A stretch of DNA of 64,000 nt from Antedon mediterranea (Eukaryota; Animalia; Echinodermata), in NCBI RefSeq assembly GCF_964355755.1, contig NC_092672.1, positions 33,796,437-33,860,436 of the forward strand. The letters are read 5' to 3'. The notes beneath the pieces are model-generated. The model was not told the DNA's origin. It ran no database searches and saw only the letters and a program-made list of their open reading frames with translations. Positions 39,231 to 64,000 of the stretch are shown here, piece after piece. Both the position numbers and the translations under genes were made by a program. Position 1 is the stretch's first letter. Each line of letters starts with the position of its first letter.

Positions 39231-40039
39231 TTAAGTAATGCTTAAACGTCATACGTATGGAGAGAGATTTGTACTCGTGGTTCACTGTGAGTATGGGAGT
39301 CTGGTATTACGTCATACTATTAGATATAGATGTCGTAAATACTGTACGAATGAATTAAGCTGTCGTTTTGTACATCCGACTACGAATATTATTGACCGAA
39401 ATGAATGATCAAAGTTTGATGGCGCTATTTATACTTCGTAATGCACAAATGGTTACGTAATTATTGTAATTCTTTGTATTGTTATTCAATGGAATTGTGT
39501 GTGTTATATATTGAAACACTGATAAATATTTTGAATGGGGTAATTGGTCTTGCACACCAAACCTTATCCAAACCGACCAAATCAAAGTTTAGGGATTCCC
39601 GAACCATGACAGTATTACATATGAGTAATCAAAATACGGTGTTGTTTTGTAATTTCTGGTACCGGTTGATCGGTGAAGGTTATGACTTGTAATAGGACAT
39701 CTCCCTGGTTTATGTAAATAAAGTACGAATGAATTTAACTTGTTCTTACATTTACACAAAAGAAAATGTATTTGGTATATATTACCAGTATAACTTTGTC
39801 ACGAAACATGGCGACTTGAAAGCGAGTGACTGGCCAGGCGATTTAAGACATCTTTCGAGACGAGTAGGGGGGGGGGGTGACCCCGGATTACTAGTATATG
39901 CCTACACACAGCCACTGCCACTCACATCCATTCATCTATAGAGAGCAACACACCCATCAGGCGGTAGGGGGTTTCCTTTTATTCCTACTCCTGGGCCTAA
40001 TGAAAAATACAAGAAAATTAAAAATGAAATAATACACTG

Positions 40040-41093
40040 GTTGATTGATTGATCCCTTTAATTCAGAATAAATATTTCACATACAACAAACAACACAAAA
40101 CAGAACATCACACTAAAAAGGATTTTCTTCCATTTAGTGATGAGATTTGAAGATTGTAACAGATAGTTCGTAGTACACACAACAAGATCATGTTCACTAA
40201 TCAAAAATCTTATTCTAAAATCATAGACGCACTTGCGTACATGCTCGTAAAAAGAGGATATTCAAATCATTAAATTGTAGTTATATAGATACGTTATGGT
40301 TAACCCTATTGCAACGGTTATATTATGTTATTTAAAGCTAAAAGTATAGGCCTATTGACTTGAGTATTTATTTTACCCTATGCCAGCATCGTTGTGTATA
40401 CCGTTGCCAGAGTTACCGCATGCTAATTCAAGTTTTAATTAAAACTCAATTGTTAAATAGGTTAAATATTACGCGCACATATTGCGTTAGCATCATCTGA
40501 TATGATGTAAACAATTGTTTAATGTATTTCACCGTAGGCCTACATCGTTGTTTACACCGTTGCGATAGACCGCATGATAATTTAATGTAAGTTTCAAATA
40601 TAATCATAATAATTATAGTTCATGTGACATTGTCGGTACTAATTTTGTTTTGTGTTAACATCTATTGTAATATTACGTGAAAATATTTAAATAATACGTT
40701 GATTGATTGATTGATCCCTTTAATTCAGAATAAATATTTCACATACAACAAACAATACAAAACAGAACATCACACTAAAAAAGGATTTTCTCCCATTTAG
40801 TGATGAGATTTGAAGATTGTAACAGATAGTTCGTAGTACACACAACAAGATCATGTTCACTAATCAAAAATCTTATTCTAAAATCATATACGCACTTGCG
40901 TGCATGCTCGTAAGAAGAGGATATTCAAGTCATTAAATTGTAGTTATATAGATACGTTATGGTTACCCTATTGCAACGGTTATATTATGTTATTTAAAGC
41001 TAAAAGTATAGGCCTATTGACTTGAGTATTTATTTTACCCTATGCCAGCATCGTTGTGTATACCGTTGCCAGAGTTACCGCATGCTAATTCAA
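40040..41093. repeat. ~390-bp direct duplication upstream of paralogue E
   Basis: ~40040-40432 is repeated almost identically at ~40700-41093; single copy upstream of C. Confidence 0.85.
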
Positions 41094-41244
41094 GTAACGT
41101 AGCAAGGTACAGTCAGTTGAGAAAAGAGTTTGGAAGTATTGACATTGCGAAAGTTTGAATGTTAACCGCTACTAACAAAGTAGTGTAGATTTCTACCCAT
41201 TTAACGATTTTCAAGACGAATGAAGATAGTAAAGAAACTTGAAG

Positions 41245-53007
<11,763 letters not shown>

Positions 53008-55439
53008 TTGATATTGCGTCACCGCCGCCAATATTTAAACTGGATGATGGAAATGTGTTCATATTAATTAGGGAGCCATAACGTCACTGTCTTACAACAT
53101 GTTTTAACGAGATAGAAAGGGAGTACTTTTGGAGGCAGTTCATAGAGAAGGAAATACGTGTGTGTATTTGTAGGTCCCGCTCTCCTGCTTATTGAAAAAT
53201 GTAAAAAACTTATTTATCTTTGAATAAACTTAAAACCGTAACTAATTAGAAAAATTAAAAAAGTCTTTTGTTTTGGTTAAAACACTGTTCAGGAAAACAC
53301 ATAAAAATGTGGTATTTTTTGGGAAAAAATGAAGATTGAGGGCGCTGTTCACACAAGTAAAAATACACTTTTTTGCCTGTATCTAATTAAGTTTTAGCCA
53401 TATTAATTTGAAAATAGTCTTATTTGATAGACAATTAAATTTTCTTTATATAAAAAAAAATCAACTTTATATTAAATACACATAATTCTGATAAATTCAT
53501 GTGAAGTGCTTAAAATCAGCAAATATAACACATTTTAATATTATAACAAATGCTAGTAATGTTAATAAATTACAAAGTTAGTGATCATAAATAGAATTCT
53601 TTTACATTTCTATAAAATGTTGTTATTATACAACATACAAATGTAAATGTTTCGAACCATTTCACAAAAACAACCATTTTACGGCCAATAGTTTTTGAGA
53701 TTATAGAAATATGTACTACCAGTACCGGTCAAAGGTCAATAAAAATATTTCGGGTCATTTTCTTGAAAAAGTTCTTATTAGACTGAATAGAAACATATAC
53801 CTCCAGATTAATTTGAGCCCTATTTAAAGTTTGTCCAACTATTAGTTACGGAGTTATATGATATGTAGGTCAAAGGTCAAATCTGCCAAAAATCATACTT
53901 CCAGCCATTTTTGGACAAACTTTTCCATTAGAACGAATATTAATATGCATCTCCCAAATAATTTGGCACTAAAATTATTTCATTTAATCTAAGCGTTGCG
54001 AAGATATGATCATTTTGTTTTCAATGGATCAAAACAATCAAATTGAGGTCAAAGGTCAAAGATGAATTTTAGAAATTTGACATGGGTTTTTATAACCAGC
54101 ATGATTCAAATATTCATAAAACACACTGTTTAAACTATCCCCATGATCTGCACACGAAGGCACTTTTTTTTACATAGGGATCTGGACTAGTAGTATAAAC
54201 TCATGCGCCCTATGACTCTGATTTAACCTTTTTGGGGAAGCGAGTGGGAGAGAGGGAGTACCGCGTACGCGTCAACCAGAAGGAAATGAGCGTGTGCAGA
54301 AGGACCGTTAGAATCAATAGCTGCGTCGCATGGCTCGTCGTACAAAAACGAATTACGCGATAAAAAAAAACAATAGCGTAGCGGCGCTATATAATCTTTG
54401 GTTAAACGCTATACGTAGAATGCAAATATTGAGGAGGATTGTTTTTTTCCCTGTATATAAACATATCTCACACAAAACCCCAAATAAATGCACACAATGT
54501 ATCGTGTTAGTTTGATTATTGTTAAAAGTAAAATCAGTGGTGGTATGATTACAGGATTTTTAAAATAATTTCATTTTGAACGTAACCTAATGTACCTTTT
54601 GCAGAATCCGCGTATATAGTGAAATTGTTTTAGACGGTCGCTTTCTTCTAGATGCTTTAATTGTAGAACGTAATTTATTTATTTTTCTCAGTTCTGGGTT
54701 AACCAACTAGCATAGGTGTTTAGCACCTGTTTGGTCTTTCAGTGCCTCCTTTTATAATTGTTTTGTCTTCTTTGTTATGTATTTGGCAGAAATTGAAATT
54801 GAATATGCGTTGTAATAAATATAAGGTTTGTTTCTGCCTTTAATCGATATTGTTCAATGTTTGTTTGACAAATGTTAATATTACTTGCTGTAGTAGTCTT
54901 TTAATGTTTATATATGTATAAATCTATAGAAGTCTTATAAAGTAAAAAGTGGTCAGAAAATAGATATAAAACTAGAATAGTATGACTATATCCCTGTCGC
55001 TCTACATGTTGTTGTCTTCTACTTAGATGTATAACGTAACGTGATAATAAACGTAACGTGATTATACCATGGATGAAGTACGTCCTCTACACCAAATACA
55101 CGAGCGGTATCGCGTCTAACGACGTTTTTTTATATATAATTCTTACAATATTTGCATTGTATATGTTGAACTTCTGTTGTCATGGTTACCGCATGTTTTA
55201 GTTGTTTTAGTATGTATGGTCATGTTTATGAAAAATATTGTAAAATGCATATTAACAATGGTTAGGCTTAATAATTTATTTAACTAAAGTATAAGCATAC
55301 TGTAGGTGTTAGATAATTATTACCAAGCACGTTTGTTTTTAGTCATATATATATATATTGAAATAATGCTGTAACTGAGTTTAGTGATTATTTAATTGCT
55401 GTTGATGGTATGCTTACCTCGAATAATTTGCAATGTTTG

Positions 55440-55750
55440 CATAAGTATGTGGCGCATGCGCACATTTGGAATCTTCTTACTAGCTGGTGTGATTAGTTGA
55501 GACGAGCATATACACAAGAGGTTAGTGTGATTGCTGCTAATAAAATGTCATGTGGCGCTGGCGCAAATTTGGAATCTCCTTACTAGCTGGTGTGGTTAGT
55601 TGAGACGATGCCAGCGTATACACACAGATTGGTGTGATTGCTACTAATAAAATGTCATGTGGCGCTGGCGCAAGTTTGGAATGTACTTACTAGCTGGCGT
55701 GGTTAGTTGAGACGAGCGTATACACAAGAGATAAGTGTGATTGCTACTAA
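55440..55750. repeat. Triplicated ~105-120 bp unit upstream of paralogue F
   Basis: atgtggcgc..tttggaat..ttactagctggtgtggttagttgagacg occurs three times; single copy upstream of D (~32618-32720). Confidence 0.8.
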
Positions 55751-57647
55751 TTTTGCTACAGATTTAATACATCATCACTATGTGGCATGAATACGGGCCT
55801 TCTGTGTTCTTTCACATGTCAAAGTGTTTGTCACTTAGGCCGCAGTTATAAATGCATCACGATAACGTTAAATAGTTTAGAAGTGCACATTGCGAAAGAC
55901 AGTCAACTACCAACGGTATTATGTTGTTATCATGTTTACCGCATTAAAAAAAAATATGTATGGTCATGCAGAATATTATTGAATATTAATGTTTTTAAAA
56001 GGCATATTTAATAATGGTTAGGTTTAATAATTTATAAGTAAAGTATATAGGTGGTAGATAATTATATTACCAAGAAGCACGTTTGTAATGGTTTTTGTTC
56101 ATTGAATAAAGTATACTGAAATAACCGTAAATTAAATAGTTTGGAAGCGCATTGCGAAAGACAGTGAACTACCAACGCTAGTGGGGGAACCATCCATGAG
56201 CTCTAAGTCACGACAGTGAACTACCAACGCTAGTGGGGGAACCATCGATGAGCTCTAAGTCACGAATTGTAGGAAACGTTATACACCATTTTGAAACGAA
56301 ACACACAAGAACTTTTAACGCTCATTTTAAACAGACATGATGCGCGCTGGCGCCAAAATTACATTTATCGTTCTGTTGTTAACTAGTTGCGATGCGGATG
56401 TGGAATGTGATATTAAACCTCCACAAACGTCACCTTCTCACTTCTACGGACACGCTAACACAACAATGTCAAACGAACTGGGCAAATACAAGGCAACGCA
56501 ATACGAGTGTATGCAGCTTTGTCGAAAGGACGCACGCTGCCTAGCTTTTACGCACGCTGCTAATACGCAAGAGTGCGCGACGTTTGATCGAGATAGCGTC
56601 ACTGGACCGCAATACATGGAGATGGTATCTGGTGTCTGGTTCTATGACATGCGACGAAAAAGAAAAGATTTTACTCGGGTAAGTTTTTTTTTCTACTTTT
56701 CAACTCCGGTTCCCAGGCCGAAAAAATCACTACAATTAATGGATGCCAACCCCATGTTTTTGAAGTTTGTTGTGAGCTTTCTAATTTTGTAAATCTTACG
56801 AATAAGATTTCCTTTGGATACTGATAAAGCATGTGAGGCCAAATATTCACGGTGACAATGTTAAAATTTGTTTATTGGTTATAGAATTACCTTGGGACAT
56901 GCCAAGCAAAGAACAAATGCATCAACGGTGGCTCGTGTGTCAATGACTGTTCAGAACTGGAATACACCTGTGTATGTCCAACAGATTTTTATGGAAAATT
57001 TTGTGAAAACAGTAAGTACAGATATAGTCTTCTCTTACCTAAAACCTGTTTTCCACTAGGCGAATTTATTCACGCGTATCCAATATTTTCGCAGAGAAAA
57101 AAATCGCGCTTACCTTTTCTAGCAGAAGCTAGAATCGCCTAGCGGAAAACTGGCTTAAATGGTCTTTCACACTATTTTCACGACGCTCCACGCGGCTATG
57201 CACCAATCGATATGCGCGTAGCCGCGTGAAAACGTCACATTGACGTTCAATAAAACGTTATTTTTAAAAGTTTTTTTTAAATAATTAATTCTGTACTTTA
57301 GATATCAAACAGAAACTGGTGGATTTAGACTCTAGCTGTCACCTTGTTTAATTTAAAGTTGAGATTGAATCTTTCAGAATTTATCCACGACTATGAGTTT
57401 AAATCAAACATTGTTGGTATATCATCAGCAAGCAATACGGCGTTCACATACAAGAAAAAACACTATCTTGTGATTGGCGGATAGTAAGTATTTTGAACTT
57501 TGACAACAGCGATTAAAATAACTAGACATGTAACTCGTCACTTGAGGAGGAGTTTGGTTATCCGCCCGCAACAAAACGTATCTTGCGCATTCAAGTACTT
57601 TTCCAAAAAGTAGCCTATTCAAAATAAATCCGTTTATTAATTGATTT

Positions 57648-57719
57648 CGCCTGATGGGATTCGAACCCGGTACCTCTGATACCAAAGGCGGTTGCACTAC
57701 ACATCGAGCCATATGAGCA
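57648..57719 (-). other. Degenerate tRNA-like sequence (probable SINE/MITE head)
   Basis: Minus strand gctcatatggctcgatgtgtagtgcaaccgcctttggtatcagaggtaccgggttcgaatcccatcaggcg; B box GGTTCGAATCC intact, stems poorly paired. Confidence 0.5.
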
Positions 57720-57802
57720 CCTACTGAAGGAAATTCCGAAGAAAGATTACTCGGTATGTCGTGAACCCCTCGATGCAAGTTGATTATTACATACCGAACT
57801 AA

Positions 57803-58730
57803 CGCCCGTATTCTTAAACCGGACTTTAGTCGTAGTTCGAGCTAAAACTAAAAAAATGACGTCATTTTAATTCATAAACCGAACTTCAACTAAATCACCG
57901 ACTAAATCAGGCCAACCTCGACTAAATCGAGACGGATTTTGATCAATTTTTTTAGTCCTGGAGGGGGCAGACTAAATGGTCGACTAAATGGTTTTTAAAC
58001 GATGTTTATAAAAAAACGTAACAGTCATTGAATTGTTATATTGGCCAGATATTGAAGAATGAAATATCTATATTTATATTAGCTTAATTAAATATACATT
58101 GGTATAAATTATAATAATGAAAATCATCTTTATTTACAACTGTATACAAATTACATTATTTTCTTCGCGCAAGTCCGACTTGAGCTACGTCACGCCATAG
58201 CGACAATGGGAGATGCGGCAATTCACCACGCGATGGAATGTTTAGGGGGCCTAGCGCTTTCTTGTCACGCTATGAAGTGCGTGGTTCGTGGCGATCATAC
58301 TTTGTTGGGGGCCTAGAAAATATAAAAGTTACCGTACCGCCATGGTTCCTAAATATATTTTTAAGATTTTATTTTTTGTTAATCAAATATACTTCACTGT
58401 TAAATTAATACTAATATTGTTCTAATAATTAACAATTAAAATTATTTTTCATGTATATAGTCCTGATGCGTAAAAAGTGTTGTAAGAAATGGAAAGTGAT
58501 ATCAATGCGCAAAATTTCGTCTGCTCCTCAAATACTCTCTTGTCATTGGCCAATGTATAGCCTTTGTTACCCAGACGTGTGCAACTCGACTAAAAGCTCG
58601 ACTTCATTAAGTCGAACTGCAAACTTCGACTACTTCGTTTTTTAATCGAATTTGAAGTAATAGCTCGAACTACGACTTTTCCAAGTCGAACTTCGAACTA
58701 CGACTAAAGTCCGGTTTAAGAATACGGGCG
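57803..58730. mobile_element. PIF/Harbinger-like non-autonomous element, 928 bp
   Basis: 38-bp TIR cgcccgtattcttaaaccggactttagtcgtagttcga and a perfect TAA target duplication. Confidence 0.88.
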
Positions 58731-59686
58731 TAAATCATAATTTTTACTTTCATAAAATCTTCACAAATTTTAAACAGTGACATATTATGAAAGTGCATAC
58801 TTTCAAGTTTCATATATTACAATATGAAGAAAAAAGATAAACGTTATGTTTATTGTTTTGCTCTTTGAAAATGTTATTGTTGGTTTGATTGTAAAAATTT
58901 CACAAATTAAATTTAATATGCAAATAATGTAGCCATCAAAGACGTTTTAACATTCAACACTATAATAAATCACATCTATGATTCATACTTTGCAAGAAAA
59001 TAAAATAAAAAATAGGGGTAACCTTGCATTCTGATGAACTGTATCGTTTTTAAAAGTAGACATATTTTGCAACATTTTCACAATTTTTTAACGTTTTACG
59101 TGCGCAGCCAGTCATGTTTAAAGTGCTCGTAAAACGTCATTTCGAGTTGACTAGTGAATAAAATAACCTAAAATTGTTAACGGAAGTTTGAAAAACACAA
59201 TTTATGTAAAAGAAATGCTCATACGCGTTCCCTGCGCCGTGCGCGCGTAAAAATGTGCGCACCAGTGGGAAGTTTCTAAACGCTTGAAATGACCTGAAAC
59301 GTGCTCTAATTTAATCAGAAATTGAAATTTCAAACGCCATTTTCGCGCACACTTTCTAATGTTACATGCCATTTTTAATCCATAGAAAGTTAGCGTATGA
59401 TGTAAATTAAACTTTGGCTAAGTTTCAATTATAAATGTTATTTGGTTTTTGACCTATGTTAAATACGCGAAATTCATAAAATCGCGCGAAAATCACGTTG
59501 CGCAATTGCAAACGTCGTGAAAACCTTCGCTGCACAACTTCACGTGAATGGCGATATGTTGAGAAAGTTACGAAATGTTATGTTTGCAAGCTTTTGAGAT
59601 ACGCGTGACACAAAAATTACAGAAAGAAGAATGGGGTAAAAAAAAAATGATTTCGTACAATCACAAGAGGTTATCCAGCAACTTCG

Positions 59687-62292
59687 TTGCGGATATTTAT
59701 AGAAATACCAAACAAAAATAAAAATACTATCATTGGAATAATATATAGAGCACCTGACCTCTCTGTCGATGAATTCGCCAAGGAAATTGAGAATCTCCTA
59801 TTCAAAATAAATTCGGAAAACAAAATATGTCACATCATGGGCGATTTTAATATTAACCTTATTCATTATGATAAAAATGATAAAATAAATGATTTTATAG
59901 ACATTATGTTATCAAATTCGTTCTACCCCTTAATATCAAAACCCACTAGAATCTCAACATCCTCTGCGACACTCATTGATAATATTTTTACCAACCAGAT
60001 CGACACAGAGTTCACTACAGGGGTTCTAATATCTGATATTACTGACCACTTACCAATATTTCAAATAAATCGTATTGAACAAAATATTAAAGTATCAGAT
60101 GATTCTAGCAATGACAATTGTTACCAGTTCAGGTATACCATCAATGATGAATCAATACAGAATATCAAACATGAAATTAGTTTAATGGACTGGACACCTA
60201 TTACACACGGAAAAAATCCAAACACTGCATATGAACTCTTCCATCAAATTCTTAAAAGTATCTATGATAAACATTTTTTACGTAAAATAAAAATAAAAAA
60301 ACATAAAGAAAATAAATTTAAACAACCATGGATGACAACTGATCTACTAAAATCAAGTAAAATAAAACTTAAACTTTACAACAAATATTTAAAAAATCGA
60401 ACAACAGAAAACAAACGAATTCATGATACGTATCGGAAAATATTTAATACTGCTTGTCGTTCAACCAAAAGAAAATACTATTCTGATAAATTCTCCCAAT
60501 CAAAAGGCAACCACAAAAAGACGTGGGATGTGATAAACTCGGTGATTTCAAATAGGAAGGCCAAACAAAATATTCCATCCTCCCTGATACATGATGGGGA
60601 AGACATTTCAGGGGAAGATAACATCACTTCTTCATTTAACAAATATTTCGTAAACATTGGAAATAACCTAACTAAACAAATAAACTGTTCGTTTAATCCA
60701 CTAGAATATATGGGTAATTGCCAGCCAAATTCATTTTTCACCACACCTGTAACGGAACAAGACATATTTGACATTATAAATAACATAGACAGCAATAAAA
60801 GTCCAGGGTACGATGATATATCCCCTCGCGTTGTTAAAGCCATTACAGATTATATAACTGTTCCCCTTACACATATCACAAACTGTTCTTTCGTTTCTGG
60901 TATAGTGCCAAACAAACTTAAAATTGCTAGGGTAATTCCAATATATAAAAAGGGTAACATCAACGAAATTAAAAATTATCGTCCTATATCAATCCTTCCA
61001 GTCCTATCCAAAATCCTTGAAAGAGCAATTTATAATAAACTATACACCTACTTAACGAAATATGCACTCTTAAACCCCCACCAATACGGATTTCGAGCTA
61101 AGCACTCAACATCCCACGCCATACTTGAACTAACAAAACACATAATCACATCTTTCGAGAACAAGAAATACTTAATTAGCGTATTTATGGACCTATCAAA
61201 GGCATTTGATGTAATGAATCATGATATTTTGCTTAAAAAGATACATCACTATGGTATACGAGGAACTGGTTACAAGTGGATTCAAAGCTATTTACAAGAA
61301 CGAAAACAATTTGTACAAATAAATCAAACCAAATCATCACTCCAACATATTAAATGTGGAGTACCGCAAGGGTCCATCCTTGGACCCTTGTTATTTCTTA
61401 TCTATGTTAACGATATTATTAGAGTAAGTGATAAAATAAACGTGATTTCCTTTGCGGATGATACCACTGTTTTCATGAGTGATAATAATATAAACAATCT
61501 TATAGACACATTAAATATTGAACTTTCAAAAATTAATAAATGGTTTATGACAAACAAACTTATTTTAAATATCGATAAGACTAACTACATTATTTTTAGA
61601 CCTCAGCAAAAAAAGATCCCTGAAATTACTTCCCAAATCCAAATTAACAAATCAATATTACAAAGAGAACACACAGTTATGTTTCTCGGAATACATATAA
61701 ATGAACATTTATGTTGGAAACCCCATATAAACTGCATCTCAAATAAAATCGCTAAATCCATTGGTATCATCTACAAGGTAAAACACGTCTTTCCTAAACA
61801 TATTCTTTTAAATCTGTACAATGCGTTTAGCTTACCACACCTCTATTACTGCAATATAATATGGGGAAATGAATATCCAACAAACTTAGAAAAAATACAT
61901 AAATTACAAAAACGTATAGCTAGAATGATTACAAACTCACCGATGAGAACAGCCTCCAAACCACTATTACAAAGTTTAAAAATGTTAAATATATACGATA
62001 TAAATAAAATTCAAATTGCATGCTTTATGTTCAAATATCATCTCCAGGAACTTCCCATCCCTATAAACAATTGATTGATTTAAACCCTAAAACTGATCGC
62101 TTAAAGACATTAAGAAACGCAAATAAGAAATATATTCCACACAGTAGACTAGAAATTAATAAAAGATCAATTTTTATTGAAGGACCAACATACTGGAATA
62201 AACTCCAGTCTACCCTAGAACAAAATCACATGACCTCACTCCCTAAGCTAAAGTACAATATTAAAAAGATGATATTTGAAACATATTGCTAG
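59687..62292 (+). CDS. LINE ORF2 remnant: partial AP endonuclease plus reverse transcriptase; frameshift near 62060
   Basis: APE motifs IYRAP, MGDFNI, TLIDNIF, ITDHLP. RT motifs NYRPISILP, QYGFR, DLSKAFD, GVPQGSILGPLLF, FADDT, FLG. The C-terminus continues in ORF 62020-62292 (GPTYWNKL). Confidence 0.9.
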
Positions 62293-62532
62293 CTACTATT
62301 GCTACTGCAAAATTGGGGTTGTAAACATTTAGCTTAATATCACTTTGTTGTGTTTGTGTTTTTTTTTTTTGTTTTTTTTTTCTGTCTCAAAATGTCATTT
62401 TTTGTTAATGTAATGCGTCCGTATAATATGTTTTATGTTTATGCTTAGGACTACAAAGACAAGCCACTTTGGCTTCTGTGTATCTTAACCCATAAACTTT
62501 GTAAAATATTGAATATTGAATAAATGTTGTTG
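59693..62532 (+). mobile_element. 5'-truncated non-LTR retrotransposon (CR1/L2 group) in intron 3 of F
   Basis: Long ORF2 remnant, then a 3' UTR with hairpin caagccactttggctt and an aataaa-containing end. Confidence 0.9.
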
Positions 62533-63328
62533 TATACTGGATAACCAATAAGCAAAACAAAGACGAAAGCCACGCTTTATTAAACTATCACTTGACTTGT
62601 ATATAATGTGTAACATATATTGTAGATGAGAAATGGTTCTCGAAACTCAAATTCAAGACTCTAAGGAATCTAATTAAATGCCTTGTTATACTACGTATGC
62701 TTTTCCGTAATTTTTGTGTTATTATAATATGATCATAATTATTTATTAAGAGAAATCATTAGCCTTTGTTCCCATTTGCGTCCAACGCAAAGACGTATAG
62801 GCAACGTAATTGATTTGACTAATCACAAGCGATGGATTGTTCGAACTTTCGTTTGCCATTGGTCAACTCGCTTGCGTTGTGTATACGTTCTTGCGTTAAA
62901 GGGAAAACGTCTGGAAACATTTGGAGTACTGAGACGAGGTAATTTTTTTTTGTAAATTTTAGTGACGGTTCTTGTGGAACTCCAATATACAGATACAACA
63001 ATACTAATAAACTGTATGAACATTACCAAGATTTGACTGGAACAAGTGATGTACAAAAAGTTGAGAATTTTAAAATAAATGGACAACTCTATATTTTGTT
63101 TGTTGCAAACAGCAGAATAGTTTACGTCTACAGATTTAACTCGCAAACAGGTAAGTGTACGCTACGTGTTGCCTATTGACAAAGAACGTATAAAAAGTGT
63201 CTTTGCTATTAGTTTGCAGTTCGATACAGATGAGGTTGGTAACCCAGTTCAACTTCAAATTAACTAAATGTATTTTGTAATTTCAACCAGTGAATTATAT
63301 AACAAAAATATGTAATATGTAAATACTG

Positions 63329-63860
63329 TACCTCCGCCAAGGAGGTTATATTTTCACCCCTGTGTGTGTGTGTGGGTGTCTGTGTCTGCGTGTCTGAGAA
63401 CAGCCTGGAGGCCACAGTTTGTATCCGATTCTCACCAAATTTGGCCACAATAATGTATCTCTTCAACGAGTTTGACTTTGAGGGGAAAAGTTCACAACTA
63501 ACAAAAAAAACTTTTTTACTGCCTAGAGACAACAGTTTTTATCCAATTCTCACCAAACTCAGCCACAATGATCAATGACTCATCATATAATTGTGGTTAA
63601 ATTTTGAAGGTTCAGGGTCAAAGATGAAGGTCCACAAAAAAAAGAAAAAATAAACCTCAGCGGGAATTGAACCGGCGATCTCAACTGTGAGAGGCTGAAT
63701 ACATAACCATTACACCAAACTCTCATCCACAACTTTGTAGTGTGTAGTTAGCCGAATTTACATTTAGAAATAATAGAAAAAAAATGTTAATATATATATT
63801 TTTTCCGGGGACATTTTACGTAGGAGAATGTTACAGAAGGCTCCCGGAGTACCCTCTAGT
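63329..63860. mobile_element. Helentron/HINE-like repeat containing a tRNA-like segment
   Basis: Starts tacctccgccaaggaggtta followed by (TG)n; minus-strand tRNA-like gtttggtgtaatggtta..ggttcaattcccgctgaggt at ~63654-63720. Confidence 0.5.
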
Positions 63861-64000
63861 TTTATTTGTTTTAGGTTTTTTTTAACAACATCAAGCGATG
63901 GCAACACATGGCGCATATGATGCATCGTATTTAGAATTGACTACAAATCATTATTTACTTGTGAATAACGGAACATCATACGAAGTGAACTCAACGGTGT

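Larger units (their letters stand above)
56337..64000 (+). pseudogene. Paralogue F: SP-PAN-EGF-EAR, incomplete at window end, apparent nonsense codon in exon 5
   Basis: Exons 56337-56678, 56885-57011, 57378-57483, 62963-63150 are open and of the expected lengths. Exon 5 from 63875 reads GT TTT TTT TAA where E has GT TTT TTT GAA. The change adjoins a T homopolymer, so a sequencing error is possible. Confidence 0.6.

Noticed and set aside
53330-54190. Possible Helitron-like insertion downstream of E ending in CTAG
   Set aside because: Absent from the C-side copy, but 5' boundary, hairpin and target site could not be defined by eye.
59687-62074. Reverse transcriptase as the driver of a diversity-generating retroelement acting on the gene array
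   Set aside because: It has AP-endonuclease motifs, 5' truncation and a LINE-type 3' end; no template/variable repeat pair with adenine-specific changes is visible.

Overview
AT-rich, intron-containing animal genomic DNA, probably a marine invertebrate (inferred from domain content and repeat landscape, not proven). 258-4733 holds nine coding exons of a 5'-truncated WD40-repeat gene ending in a CaaX motif (CSVI). The rest of the window is a + strand tandem array of six paralogues (A-F) plus one exon-1 relic. They encode secreted proteins built as signal peptide - PAN/Apple - EGF - seven EAR/EPTP-like repeats (predicted 7-bladed beta-propeller). A phase-1 exon slot between repeats 4 and 5 carries one WSC domain (A, B, D), two MAM domains (C) or three MAM domains (E). 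A, C and E reconstruct by hand as intact spliced ORFs (617, 825 and 981 aa). B lacks exons 2-3, D is a decayed chimera, and F has an apparent nonsense codon and runs off the window end. The array shows a higher-order segmental duplication, mosaic copies and a near-identical PAN tract. Introns and spacers hold a 5S-rRNA-headed SINE-like element, tRNA-like sequences, Harbinger-like and Kolobok-like MITEs, a Mutator-like element, a 5'-truncated CR1/L2-group LINE and several satellites. All gene models come from manual GT-AG and reading-frame reconstruction; domain names come from motif recognition, not database searches.
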